This document shows, one piece after another, positions 20,942 through 30,825 of a stretch of 64,000 nucleotides of DNA (within the stretch, counting starts at the first letter, position 1; each line of letters begins with the position of its first letter). The notes below the pieces were generated by a model. That model was not told the DNA's origin. It searched no databases and saw nothing but the letters and a program-made list of their open reading frames with translations. The position numbers and the translations under genes are program-made. The stretch is from a virus: the IMG/VR virus record IMGVR_UViG_3300027704_000017, positions 5,034 to 69,033 of that record. One strand, given 5' to 3'.

Positions 20942-21084
20942 AAAAAGAACTAAAAGGTATGTCTCATAGACTAGAGACTACTATTGAAATAATCATGGAG
21001 CACTTTAGAGAGACAGAAGAGCGTATAGAAGAACTTGAAGACATCATACAGGAGCTAAGAGATGGCCTTGCAAAAACTGGCTGA
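20929..21084 (+). CDS. Small coiled-coil protein (51 aa)
   Basis: Manual translation MDRIEKELKGMSHRLETTIEIIMEHFRETEERIEELEDIIQELRDGLAKTG; overlaps both neighbours. Confidence 0.65.
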   Translation: MDRIEKELKGMSHRLETTIEIIMEHFRETEERIEELEDIIQELRDGLAKTG

Positions 21085-21937
21085 AAATGATGTACTTGGA
21101 AATAGTGCTGCACACTTCTTTAAATCGGGGAACATAGTAAGGGGCTCAGAGATTGATGGTCTTGCAGAACTGAAGGACCTTCTCCCTACTAAAGGCCCTA
21201 ATGGAACTAATGTAGAGTATGATATATGGTATGATATGGCAGACCAAGAGAGAATTCATGGTTATATGTATACAGATGCAATGGCTAAGTTCTTATATAT
21301 TAGAGCTGCAGGAGCGTATTGGACACATAAGATTATGCAACAAGCCTCTAAAGAGCCTATCACAGAAGAAGGAGAAAGAATTTTTCAAGACCTTGCAGAG
21401 AATAGTGTAGACAAGTACAAACTTCGTAAAGCTAGATCCCAGCATGATTTTGTTATTTTTCTTCCTGGTACTAATATAATCAAAGAAGCTTTAGACTGGG
21501 ATAAGATGGAGAACGCTATAAAACAAGGGGCTAAGTTAAAGTGCCACCCAATTACAGCTCCTGGTCTAGTTGCCAACCTTAAACACAGGTACGGGGAAGA
21601 GAACATACTAGATAAGAAGCTCTCCGGTCACGAACTGATGGCTGGAGCAAGTATTGTAGGATGTTGCGAGAATTCAGAGATGGGTATTGTATCCCTAGCT
21701 CAGGGCAAAAAGACTTACTTGTTTGGCCACGGACATAAACATTTAACATATAGTGCTCTATACAATACTATATGGAAAGGGGGCAAGGCTGATGTAAATA
21801 AGCTAAAATCTATACTCTCTGCCAAGTATTCGGGAATGATACCAGTAATATCAGAAAGCCCTCAAGAGTATATTAACTCATACTTTAACCACTACAAGGA
21901 GATGCCTCATGTCAAACCTAGAAATAATAATCCTTGA
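21062..21937 (+). CDS. Putative GT-B glycosyltransferase (capsule biosynthesis KpsS/KpsC-like C-terminal domain)
   Basis: KCHP followed by ELMAGASIVGCCENSEMGIVSLAQGKKTYLFG resembles the KxHP...NSxxGxEA...GK pattern. Confidence 0.5.
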   Translation: MALQKLAENDVLGNSAAHFFKSGNIVRGSEIDGLAELKDLLPTKGPNGTNVEYDIWYDMADQERIHGYMYTDAMAKFLYIRAAGAYWTHKIMQQASKEPITEEGERIFQDLAENSVDKYKLRKARSQHDFVIFLPGTNIIKEALDWDKMENAIKQGAKLKCHPITAPGLVANLKHRYGEENILDKKLSGHELMAGASIVGCCENSEMGIVSLAQGKKTYLFGHGHKHLTYSALYNTIWKGGKADVNKLKSILSAKYSGMIPVISESPQEYINSYFNHYKEMPHVKPRNNNP

Positions 21938-22625
21938 GTGTAATGACTTAACGGCTTTAACAGTAAATTCAATAAAGAAAAATATGCCCAGAGCTAAGTA
22001 TAAAGTTGTACCAGCGAAAGGAAAGAGTAAGATAGGTACTGCTTTATCTCACGCAAAGGGCATAACCTTAGTAGTTACGAGCGGCTTAGTTCTTAATATT
22101 AAACATGGAGACTTGCCTCCTGAAAGTAAACTAGAGCAATATGCCTTGTCTGTTAGTAGAGAGGGGGTTTATGTAGACCATCCTAAGCACTCCACTTCTT
22201 ACAACTTAGTAAATAGCAATATAACTAAGGGCTTTATTGACCTCTGTATCTTCATAATCAATCCTGCTAAGTGGTTTGAGATACCTACTAAAGACTCAGG
22301 AGTTGTAGGAGATAAAAAGACTTTATTTATGCCTAGATATATTAATCACAAGTCAGATCCTATACTGAAGGACTGTATAGGGGCTTACGAGGCATTTAAA
22401 TACGGTATGGCAGGAGAGACTGCTGCAGTGTATAATTACTTACCTAATTTAATCTCTGGTAAAGCAACACCGATAGAGACATTTGCATATTGTTTTGATA
22501 AGCTGGAAGAGTATTCGGAAGGATTACCGGAATATAAAAGAAAACAAGTACTTAATCTTGCACAAAAAACTAAAACAAGAGTAGGTAAGCTAAGGCCTCA
22601 GCTATTGGCCACTAAAGGAGAATAA
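21909..22625 (+). CDS. Putative degenerate GT-A glycosyltransferase-like protein
   Basis: IIIL...LTVNSIKKNMP N-terminus and DLCIFIINPAKW resemble GT2/GT8 fold elements; no clear DxD. Confidence 0.35.
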   Translation: MSNLEIIILECNDLTALTVNSIKKNMPRAKYKVVPAKGKSKIGTALSHAKGITLVVTSGLVLNIKHGDLPPESKLEQYALSVSREGVYVDHPKHSTSYNLVNSNITKGFIDLCIFIINPAKWFEIPTKDSGVVGDKKTLFMPRYINHKSDPILKDCIGAYEAFKYGMAGETAAVYNYLPNLISGKATPIETFAYCFDKLEEYSEGLPEYKRKQVLNLAQKTKTRVGKLRPQLLATKGE

Positions 22626-22626
22626 A

Positions 22627-22707
22627 ATGGAACCAGATGAATTAACATATGAGGGAGACGAGGCTACAGGAGTACCCCCTACCACGTTACCCACGGTAGA
22701 GCTATAA
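22627..22707 (+). CDS. 26-aa peptide MEPDELTYEGDEATGVPPTTLPTVEL
   Basis: AAGGAG RBS; stop overlaps next start (TAATG). Confidence 0.45.
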   Translation: MEPDELTYEGDEATGVPPTTLPTVEL

Positions 22708-23393
22708 TGACTATTTCAACTACTTTTAGATTCGATACTCCAGATACCGAGGGAGACTTGGTTGTTGGAAAATCTAATAATGTCGTGTCGGGAAGGTACA
22801 TTAAAAGAGATACGCTTACTGACGCTATACACCATAATAACACTATAGTGTACCACCCAGACTATTCTTTTCTTATGGAGCTGAGGAGTCTGAATTCGGC
22901 TATATCAGGCTCTTGGGAGATTGAGTGGGAGTGGGAACCAGGTCAGTATACGGAAGCACAGATAGATACGTTTATCAGTGTCTCACATAATGATAACTAT
23001 ACAACACTAAAAGATTTTGCCAACCATAAAGTTACTAAAACTCTTGCTAATGCGGATGTTGCTTTAACTTCCTGGGGTACTGCGTTACGGCAGACCTATG
23101 GTCTAGACTCAGCAAGCTGCACTTTTAGAGCAACTTCGGAAGGTGTCTTCACTTGTCTAAGTATATACAATAATAACTATAGTTTATATACTGTAGAGTC
23201 TGTAACAATAGAGGCAGGGGCATCACTAACCATTGATAAGCAAGGCACTACGTGTCACTTATACACTATGGGAGAGTTACATAGTGGGGATACTGCGTTA
23301 CCCGGCTTTCGTATATACAACTTAACTTCTAGCAGCACAACTTTAACTAACAATAACAGTACTCGGGTTAGGATAACTCGGGTGTATAAATAG
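22707..23393 (+). CDS. Hypothetical protein (possible cupin-like beta C-terminus)
   Basis: 228-aa ORF in operon. Confidence 0.6.
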   Translation: MTISTTFRFDTPDTEGDLVVGKSNNVVSGRYIKRDTLTDAIHHNNTIVYHPDYSFLMELRSLNSAISGSWEIEWEWEPGQYTEAQIDTFISVSHNDNYTTLKDFANHKVTKTLANADVALTSWGTALRQTYGLDSASCTFRATSEGVFTCLSIYNNNYSLYTVESVTIEAGASLTIDKQGTTCHLYTMGELHSGDTALPGFRIYNLTSSSTTLTNNNSTRVRITRVYK

Positions 23394-23402
23394 GGGAATA
23401 CT

Positions 23403-24197
23403 ATGTGGAATCCAATAAAAATATTTAAATTAACGAAAATACTGTGGAGAAGAGGGGAAGGATACGAGGGCGTAGACGAGTTAGATGCAGCAAGTGTAGC
23501 CGTTCAACTAAACGGGCAAATGGAGTTTCCTTCTAACCTTAAAGTAGTACTATTTCTTAGACGTTCAGATAAAGGGCGAGATATTCTTTGGGGGCGTAAG
23601 AACTACTCTAAAGAATATCAGCAGGACACTATCATCCCCCATATTACAGATCAAAAAATTATGGAAGGGTATACACCTAATACTGTAGGGGGCCATTATC
23701 AAAACTTGATAAAGACGTGGTCTTTTAAAGAACTCTGGGATAAAAGGTTTGAGTTAAAAACTGATCACTGGAGGCACGAGGTCCGATCTAACGTCTCTAG
23801 ACACGTATTTTTATGTCATGACTTTCAGCATGTTCTGTTCAGGTATGATACGTCTCAGATGGGTGAAGCGTGTATCCAAGCCGTAACGGCTACGATGATA
23901 AAACACTCTGGACCTAAGTACGCCTCCTACGTTATAGCTCTTAGACTATGTCACCAGTATAAAAGCTGGCAGCCAATGAGAATATTAAAAGAAGCATATA
24001 CACTAGCAAAGGTTGTTGATCCCGCTTTCTGGCTGCTCAACCCGCTAGAGATTATTGGCATGGATATTCAGGAGGCTAGAGATAAGTATAATATAGGCAC
24101 TCCGGATGAGTACATAAAGTTTTCTAATAAGCATAAGGAAAACTTTAGGTTTGACCAAATACATCCAGAGTACGAGGATAAAAGAGTATGTTTATAA
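23403..24197 (+). CDS. Coq4-like metalloprotein
   Basis: PNTVGGHY and HDFQHVLFRYDTSQMGEA match the Coq4 HDxxH(x)nE motif. Confidence 0.65.
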   Translation: MWNPIKIFKLTKILWRRGEGYEGVDELDAASVAVQLNGQMEFPSNLKVVLFLRRSDKGRDILWGRKNYSKEYQQDTIIPHITDQKIMEGYTPNTVGGHYQNLIKTWSFKELWDKRFELKTDHWRHEVRSNVSRHVFLCHDFQHVLFRYDTSQMGEACIQAVTATMIKHSGPKYASYVIALRLCHQYKSWQPMRILKEAYTLAKVVDPAFWLLNPLEIIGMDIQEARDKYNIGTPDEYIKFSNKHKENFRFDQIHPEYEDKRVCL

Positions 24198-24397
24198 AAG
24201 ATAAGAAGTGGGACTGGCCAATACTTAAAGTGTTAAAAGGAGAGCGCAAACTTAGTATTAAATTCATAAGAGACCTTTTAATTTTTGTCTTTCTCTTTAA
24301 GATTATTATCATAAATGGATCAATAGTAATTTCGAATACTTTATTTGGAACAGACTTTGCTTACGGCCCAATACTAAGAGCTTTCGGCCTCTTATAA
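24188..24397 (+). CDS. Small membrane protein
   Basis: Hydrophobic segment LLIFVFLFKIIII. Confidence 0.5.
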   Translation: MFIKDKKWDWPILKVLKGERKLSIKFIRDLLIFVFLFKIIIINGSIVISNTLFGTDFAYGPILRAFGLL

Positions 24398-24405
24398 CAA
24401 CCTAT

Positions 24406-24432
24406 AAAAAAGCCCCAATTAAGGGGCTTTTC
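24406..24432. terminator. Bidirectional terminator between late and replication modules
   Basis: AAAAAAGCCCC-AATTAA-GGGGCTTTT between convergent genes. Confidence 0.85.
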
Positions 24433-24433
24433 G

Positions 24434-24664
24434 TTATGCTTCGTGTTTAAACTCTTCCATACCTTCTCGTAATAGACTAACATAACCCGATTGCATCATA
24501 TTATATCTCTGCGTCTCCAGCTCTAACTCTTCTATTTTGGCTCTAGTATGTCCAATTTGTACTAATGAGTGCCTTACCTGCTCTGGTAAGTCTTCAAAGT
24601 AGTACACTTCATCATCAATAGTTACTTCTTCTTTCTTATACTCTGCTGCTTTTATATCTGTCAT
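24434..24664 (-). CDS. Hypothetical coiled-coil protein
   Basis: 76-aa ORF with AAGGA RBS. Confidence 0.65.
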   Translation of the reverse strand: MTDIKAAEYKKEEVTIDDEVYYFEDLPEQVRHSLVQIGHTRAKIEELELETQRYNMMQSGYVSLLREGMEEFKHEA

Positions 24665-24673
24665 TTTAATTCC

Positions 24674-25636
24674 TTATTTAAAAATATCTTGCCAATTGCC
24701 AGTGGTGCTCGCTTTAGAGTACTCAGTAGCGCGGTTTTCAAAGAAGTTGGCGTGCTCAACTCCATTAAGCATATAGTCTAGCCAGTCCAAAGGATTCTTC
24801 TCACTTCCAAAAATCTTCTTCAAGCCTAGTCCTAGTAGTCTTCGATCTGCAATATACCGAATGTATAATTTTACGTCTTCAGGCGTTAGATCGGGTACAT
24901 CTGCGCCTTCAAAACATAGGTCAATAAAGGCATCTTCAAGTTCTACAGAACGTTCTGCTGCACAATAGATTTCATACTTCAAATCATCGTTCCATAGCTC
25001 TGGATTTTCTTGAATAAAGACACGGAATAACTGAGACATACCTTCAACGTGCAAACTCTCATCTCGTACAGACCAAGTAACGATCTGACCCATACCCTTC
25101 ATAAGATTATGACGAGGGAAGTTCAATAGAATTGCAAAGCTACTAAACAACTGCACACCTTCTGTGAAGCCGGAGTAGATAGCCATAGTCTTAGCAATAT
25201 CCATCTTAGTATCCATCCCGAAATTACTAAGGTGTTCATGCTTATCCATCATGGCTTTATGCTTCATGAACTCCTGGTACTCATCATCTCCGTACCCAAG
25301 AGTCTCTAGTAGTAGTGAGTATGCCTCCTGGTGTACCGCTTCCATCGCAGCAAAAGCTACTAGCATCATTCTCACTTCAGGCTGTTGAAAGGTAGGTAAG
25401 TAATGCTTAGCGTAGCCACAGCATACGTCAACGTCAGCTTGTGTAAAGAAGCGAAAGATGTTGGACAACAATAACTTGTTGCCCTCACTTAGGTTTTCAC
25501 GAAAATCTTTCAAGTCATCCGCAAGGTTTACTTCGTCTGGCAACCAGTGCATATGTTGCTGAGATTTGTAGTGTTCAAATGCCCACGGGTAATTAAACGG
25601 CTTATAAAATTCTCTTTCTTCTAGTAAATTACTCAT
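24674..25636 (-). CDS. nrdB: Ribonucleotide reductase class Ia beta subunit
   Basis: FFTQADVDV, MEAVHQEAY, EGVQLFSSF, RDESLH di-iron motifs. Confidence 0.95.
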   Translation of the reverse strand: MSNLLEEREFYKPFNYPWAFEHYKSQQHMHWLPDEVNLADDLKDFRENLSEGNKLLLSNIFRFFTQADVDVCCGYAKHYLPTFQQPEVRMMLVAFAAMEAVHQEAYSLLLETLGYGDDEYQEFMKHKAMMDKHEHLSNFGMDTKMDIAKTMAIYSGFTEGVQLFSSFAILLNFPRHNLMKGMGQIVTWSVRDESLHVEGMSQLFRVFIQENPELWNDDLKYEIYCAAERSVELEDAFIDLCFEGADVPDLTPEDVKLYIRYIADRRLLGLGLKKIFGSEKNPLDWLDYMLNGVEHANFFENRATEYSKASTTGNWQDIFK

Positions 25637-25875
25637 GCTAACCACTCTCCTATTTTCACAGCGGACTGTAGACCTACTACTCTGCGAACTTCTTTTCCTT
25701 TATCATCTACAAGTACCATTGTAGGTACTCCTCTTATTCCATAATCTCCTGCTTTCTGAGGCTTTTGATCTATGTCGATCTCTTCTAACTCATAAGGCAG
25801 TTCCATTGTATCAAGTGTTTTTCCTAACATCTTACATGGCTGGCACCAACTTGCGCCAAACTTTATTATCTTCAT
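25633..25875 (-). CDS. Thioredoxin
   Basis: WCQPC and IRGVPT. Confidence 0.9.
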   Translation of the reverse strand: MKIIKFGASWCQPCKMLGKTLDTMELPYELEEIDIDQKPQKAGDYGIRGVPTMVLVDDKGKEVRRVVGLQSAVKIGEWLA

Positions 25876-25876
25876 T

Positions 25877-27646
25877 CTAACCCTCACACGCTAAACAAGC
25901 GTTCTCGTCGATACTATCGAACATATATGCTCTTAATGCCTCATCTGATACAGTTTCGGCCCGCTTCATTGCTTCACTTCTCAAGTAGTACAGAGTTTTT
26001 ACACCCTGCTTCCAGGCCATCATGTGGATAGCGTGTAACTCTTGCTTAGCTACATCAGCAGGGAAGAATATATTCAGAGACTGACTCTGGCAAATGTGCT
26101 TCTGTCTATCTCCTGCTAACTCAATAATCCACCTCTGATCTATTTCAACTGCTGTTTTAAATACCTCTTTAGTGTAATCATCCAAGAAGTCAAGATGCTG
26201 ACAGCTACCTCCATTAGTGATAATACTCTTCCAAACTTCGTCCGTATTTTGATCAATCTCATCGAGAGCGTGTTCCAGATACTCATTTTTAAGAAGGCTT
26301 GAACCACTTTTTGTCTTTTGAGTGAACGCATTAGCTCGGTAAGGCTCAATACTAGGGCTTGTATTCCCACAAATAATACTACTAGAAGCATTAGGGGCAA
26401 CAGCAAGAAGGTGAGCGTTCCGAACACCTGAACCAACACCATCAGGGCACTCCCCTCGCTCGACTGCGAGTTCCTTTGTTGCACGTACTGCCTCCGCTTT
26501 AATTCGTGTAAACATTCTATTGTTTGCACCCTTTGCCAACACACTCTCAAATGGAATATTATGGCGTTGAAGATAAGCATGGAATCCCATAGCCCCTAAA
26601 CCGATACTTCTTTCTCTTTCGGCACTCAACTTAGCTCTGTATAGCTCATCGGGGGCGTTTTCAATAAAGTAATCTAACACATTGTCTAACATTCTTACTA
26701 GGTCAGGAATAAATTGATCATTGTCTTTCCACTCATCGTACTCTTCTAGGTTTACACTAGATAGACAGCATACTGCTGTACGCTCTGAGGTAGTCGCAAG
26801 AGTAATTTCAGAACATAAGTTAGAGTGATGTACTTGTAAACCTAGGTCTTTCTGAAATTGGGGTAAAGCTGCCTGAACTGTGTCTTTAAACATGACATAT
26901 GGCTCACCTGTTTCAACACGGTTCTGAACTAGCTTTACCCAAAGAGTCTTAGCTGATACAGTTTTTATTACTTTCTTACTATTTGGATCAATTAGATCCC
27001 ATGAGTCATCAAAACCCTCTTCTCTCGTAGCGCCTTCGATTAGCTCCATGAACTCATCAGGTATAATAATAGCATGGTGGAGATTAGTAGATTTTCGGTT
27101 AACATCACCCCCAGTTGGCTTGCGAATATCCAAGAACTCTTCGACTTCTGGGTGAGATATATCCAAATATGCTGCATAACTTCCTCTTCGTGTTACGCCT
27201 TGCGAGAATGCTAACATCTCCGCATCGACTACTTTTAAAAACGGAATTACTCCAGTACTCTCTGACCCCGCAGAGGTTTTACTACCTACTGATCTAACAT
27301 CATTCCAACAACCGCCAATACCACCACCTACGCTAGAGAGAAACGCGTTCTCCGTATAGTGACCTGTAATACCTTGACGACTATCTTCTGCATAGTTCAG
27401 AAAACAACTAATAGGCATACCGCGAGAGGTACCTCCATTAGTTAGGATAGGCGTAGAGAACATAAACCATAGCTTACTAGCATAGTCATACAATCTCTGT
27501 GCGTGTGCTTCGTCATCCGCGAAAGTACGGGCTGCTCTTGCGAACGCATCCTGGGGAGATGTTTCCCCTTCTACTAGGTAACGATCTTCTAAAGTTTTAA
27601 TACTAAACTCTGATAGATACCTATCTCTTTTATAATTAAGCTGCAT
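25877..27646 (-). CDS. nrdA: Ribonucleotide reductase class Ia alpha subunit (no ATP cone)
   Basis: PISCF, SNLCSEI, APNASSS, KTLYY, C-terminal CLACEG. Confidence 0.95.
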   Translation of the reverse strand: MQLNYKRDRYLSEFSIKTLEDRYLVEGETSPQDAFARAARTFADDEAHAQRLYDYASKLWFMFSTPILTNGGTSRGMPISCFLNYAEDSRQGITGHYTENAFLSSVGGGIGGCWNDVRSVGSKTSAGSESTGVIPFLKVVDAEMLAFSQGVTRRGSYAAYLDISHPEVEEFLDIRKPTGGDVNRKSTNLHHAIIIPDEFMELIEGATREEGFDDSWDLIDPNSKKVIKTVSAKTLWVKLVQNRVETGEPYVMFKDTVQAALPQFQKDLGLQVHHSNLCSEITLATTSERTAVCCLSSVNLEEYDEWKDNDQFIPDLVRMLDNVLDYFIENAPDELYRAKLSAERERSIGLGAMGFHAYLQRHNIPFESVLAKGANNRMFTRIKAEAVRATKELAVERGECPDGVGSGVRNAHLLAVAPNASSSIICGNTSPSIEPYRANAFTQKTKSGSSLLKNEYLEHALDEIDQNTDEVWKSIITNGGSCQHLDFLDDYTKEVFKTAVEIDQRWIIELAGDRQKHICQSQSLNIFFPADVAKQELHAIHMMAWKQGVKTLYYLRSEAMKRAETVSDEALRAYMFDSIDENACLACEG

Positions 27647-28475
27647 TCATCATTCTCCGTTCTATCTCGAACAAATTGTCCGAACCGATTGCATCATCGC
27701 AATATGTTACCAAGTCCATTAGCTCGTAGTTCATAAGTAGCACTTCTGCATTCTCATTAAGCTCTTGGATATACTTATAATGTCCTGCTAGTGGTACACT
27801 GTCATAGATTGACATTGCATCCCCGTATTGTTCAATTAGCTGTGTCGCCCTCTTGGGGCCTATGCCATTAATACCGGGGACGTTATCGCCCTTATCTCCA
27901 GTTAAGCATTTAAAGGATATATAATCCTCAGGGGCTACATCGTAGTGCTCTCCCCAATTACTTATTGTAACCTCTTTACGAGTTACATAAGAAAATCTAT
28001 TTACACCGTCTTGAATAAGTAAGTCCCAATCTCGGTCACTTGATACCATCCAAATCTCATCTAAACCGTACTTAGTCTTTTGCTTAACGAGGTGGGCAGC
28101 AAGATCATCTGCCTCTACACCTTCGAATCTAAAGATTTTATACTCATCAGATAGCAACTCCAGTGTCTCTTCATACTCTTCAAAGAAGTCTTTAAATGCC
28201 TGCTTCTCTTCATCTGTTTGCGTAGCATACTTATCTTTTCGATTTTGCTTATACTCTGGTAATATACCTTTTCGATATGTCGAAGAGCCCCAATCTGCTG
28301 TAATAATAATATTACTGCACTTGTAAGACTGTGCTAAGGATTTTACTGTCTGTACATAATCGTTTCTAAAATCGTTTCTACCTGCGTGCTTCCATCTAAA
28401 TGCTAGATTTAACGCATCTACTATAAGTGTTCTACCGGCTACACCGGCCATACCTTCATTAAAACTAAAAGCCAC
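27636..28475 (-). CDS. 5'-3' flap endonuclease (T5 D15-like)
   Basis: IVDALNLAFR, EADD, SSDRDW, GDKGDNVPGINGIGPKRA. Confidence 0.9.
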   Translation of the reverse strand: MAFSFNEGMAGVAGRTLIVDALNLAFRWKHAGRNDFRNDYVQTVKSLAQSYKCSNIIITADWGSSTYRKGILPEYKQNRKDKYATQTDEEKQAFKDFFEEYEETLELLSDEYKIFRFEGVEADDLAAHLVKQKTKYGLDEIWMVSSDRDWDLLIQDGVNRFSYVTRKEVTISNWGEHYDVAPEDYISFKCLTGDKGDNVPGINGIGPKRATQLIEQYGDAMSIYDSVPLAGHYKYIQELNENAEVLLMNYELMDLVTYCDDAIGSDNLFEIERRMMNAA

Positions 28476-28911
28476 CTATCCACTCCATCTCTTCTACCTG
28501 CAACCACTCTTCCGCTACTAGCACATAACAATTTAGAAACTTAATATACAGATAGTCTTCTGTATGTTCAGGCTTATTCTCTGTTACTACAAATACCTTT
28601 GATCGGTCATATTTAAAAAATAGCATAGGCTTTTGATCGCCTCCTGCTGCTTGTATTACTACTTTCTTCCACCACCGTATCAGATTGTTAGTCTTAGGCT
28701 GTGTAAAAAGCTTATCTGATAAGGGGGAATCCTTATAGTTCTTTACTTCGATGCAATAATGGTTTCTCTGATTAGGGACATATAAGTCCCCTTTCAGATA
28801 TTCTAGTGCACCGGATGCTGGTACTCGTTCAAACTTTAGCCCTGTAGCATCCCGTAACATATCTCGAACTAAGTATTCACCTCTAGCGCCTTTCGCCCTT
28901 GAGTCTACCAT
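28465..28911 (-). CDS. D14-like PD-(D/E)xK nuclease / Holliday junction resolvase
   Basis: SRAKGARGE, GDL...IEVKNY. Confidence 0.8.
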   Translation of the reverse strand: MVDSRAKGARGEYLVRDMLRDATGLKFERVPASGALEYLKGDLYVPNQRNHYCIEVKNYKDSPLSDKLFTQPKTNNLIRWWKKVVIQAAGGDQKPMLFFKYDRSKVFVVTENKPEHTEDYLYIKFLNCYVLVAEEWLQVEEMEWIGGF

Positions 28912-29029
28912 CCTCGTCCTCTTCTTCGTCTTCTTCTGTGTCTTGATTGACTACTTCTTCTTTAACTTCTTCCATATCATTTCTGGCTTTTAAATGTCTC
29001 CACCACAGCCTACGTCTTCCTGCACTCAT
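28883..29029 (-). CDS. 48-aa basic/acidic peptide
   Basis: Manual translation MSAGRRRLWWRHLKARNDMEEVKEEVVNQDTEEDEEEDEDGRLKGERR; start overlaps D13 stop. Confidence 0.5.
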   Translation of the reverse strand: MSAGRRRLWWRHLKARNDMEEVKEEVVNQDTEEDEEEDEDGRLKGERR

Positions 29030-30825
29030 TAACGCTCCAATTTACTGATGTTGCCATCCTTAACTACCTCGACTTTCTCTAGGAGAGGGTGAGACCAACC
29101 ATGAGATACAATATATGTATTCAAGTCTTCTCGTAGCAACACTTCTACTAGCTTCTCTCTGCCTGCATCGTCAAGTACGTTCGTAACTTCGTCTAGAAAT
29201 AGTACATTGATTCGAGACTTGGATATACTGGTCATTAGCTTTCTGATTGCAATGAGAGTGGCTGTGTTCACTCTTGCAAGTTCTCCAGAAGATAACGCTA
29301 GAATATCTACTACATTTCCATTGTCTGTAATCTGTACATTAAGTTTATCATTTGACACTACGAACTCTAGTGTGAAACGACCATCTGAAAGGTCTGCGAG
29401 ATATTCATTTGCAAGCTCTTCCAATTCTCCTACAAGATTCTCGATCTTGTATGCAAGCAGTCCATTAGTACTAAAAGACTTTTTAAGAACGTCCAAATTA
29501 GATTCTAGCTTAGTACACTCTGCAAGCTCTGCTTTTCCGCTTTCTAATTGAGCTTTAAACTCATCAGTTTGCTCTTGTATTACTTGGATTCGTGTATTTC
29601 TTTTTGTACGTCTTTCGTTCTCTGTTGTAGCGGTGTCCATCGCGCTCTTTGCTTCTGATAATCTTTTCTGAAGTTCTTCAGACTTCTCAGTAAGCGCATC
29701 TTGGTCAACAAGGCTCGAAGGCAGAGTTGCGTCCACAGATCGGAACAAGTCTTCCCAGTCTTTTTTAGCTTTTTGGTTAGCTCTAAATTCATCATTACGC
29801 GCCTTAATCCCAGTAATCTCGGGCTTGATCTTGAAAGCCTCTGCCATTGCATTGCTTTGCTTTGCCTTGGCATCTTCCAACATCTTTTCTTCTGCTGAAA
29901 TATCAATAGATTGCTTACAAGTAGGGCACTCTGCTTTAATTGATTCTAATTTACGAAGAGTTCGCCCTGCACCCGCAGCGATTGCTTGCCAAGAGCCTAG
30001 CTGTTCTTGTAAGTGGTCATAAGACTCTAGTTCGGTCATCTTAAAGTCATTCAAAGCACCTATATCTATACTATTGAGCATTGACTTATATTGATTATTT
30101 GTTGTAATTTTTTTATTTTTATCAGAGATATTTGCAATCTCTATCATTACAGAACGGAGAGCTTGTTCATCTTCAGATGTATCAAAATCTAAATCCAACA
30201 TGGGTAGTATGTTGGTATCACTCAACTTATTATCATTTAACCACTTCTCAACTGTCGCAACTTTAGAACTAATTGCTGTAGACCTAGTTGATACGTCTTT
30301 AGATGCTGCTTTAAATACTTCGAATAACTCAACGTACTTTTCAAGGTGCAGCAAATCAATAAGAAACTTCTTACGGTTAGCGTCTGTAGCAGTTAAAAAC
30401 TGCAAACTAGCATTAGTATTCTGATATACTAGCTGCGAGAAGGTTTTAAAGTCAATACCTACAATGTCTTGAATAGTCTTATAGGTATTTGTTGCGGTAT
30501 GACTCGATATATCTGCGCCATCTTTCTCTAATTTTACTTTGATAGAGGACTTACGATTAATATCAATAAGATACCTACTATCATCTTTAGTGAACTCTAG
30601 CTGTATACTATAGCCGTCATTCACATACCTGTTAGGTATGTCTGCCTTCTTGATGCCTTTTGAGTTCTTGTTGTACAATGCTTCTTCAATGATTAACGGT
30701 ATGGAAGACTTGCCCATACCGTTAGTACCGAGGATCTGCGTTACGGTTGTATCATCGAGGCTCAATTCATTATCAGCACCATAGCTAAAACAGTTACTCC
30801 ATCTCAACGTTCGCAGTGTAATCAT
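29029..30825 (-). CDS. Rad50/SbcC-like ATPase (T5 D13-like)
   Basis: GTNGMGKS Walker A, CPTC zinc hook, LSSGE signature, FLDE Walker B. Confidence 0.92.
   Translation of the reverse strand: MITLRTLRWSNCFSYGADNELSLDDTTVTQILGTNGMGKSSIPLIIEEALYNKNSKGIKKADIPNRYVNDGYSIQLEFTKDDSRYLIDINRKSSIKVKLEKDGADISSHTATNTYKTIQDIVGIDFKTFSQLVYQNTNASLQFLTATDANRKKFLIDLLHLEKYVELFEVFKAASKDVSTRSTAISSKVATVEKWLNDNKLSDTNILPMLDLDFDTSEDEQALRSVMIEIANISDKNKKITTNNQYKSMLNSIDIGALNDFKMTELESYDHLQEQLGSWQAIAAGAGRTLRKLESIKAECPTCKQSIDISAEEKMLEDAKAKQSNAMAEAFKIKPEITGIKARNDEFRANQKAKKDWEDLFRSVDATLPSSLVDQDALTEKSEELQKRLSEAKSAMDTATTENERRTKRNTRIQVIQEQTDEFKAQLESGKAELAECTKLESNLDVLKKSFSTNGLLAYKIENLVGELEELANEYLADLSDGRFTLEFVVSNDKLNVQITDNGNVVDILALSSGELARVNTATLIAIRKLMTSISKSRINVLFLDEVTNVLDDAGREKLVEVLLREDLNTYIVSHGWSHPLLEKVEVVKDGNISKLER

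Noticed and set aside
28359-28380. ATCGTTTCTA repeat in D15 (RNDFRNDY)
   Set aside because: Short, not a full tandem unit, and fits normal protein length; probably chance
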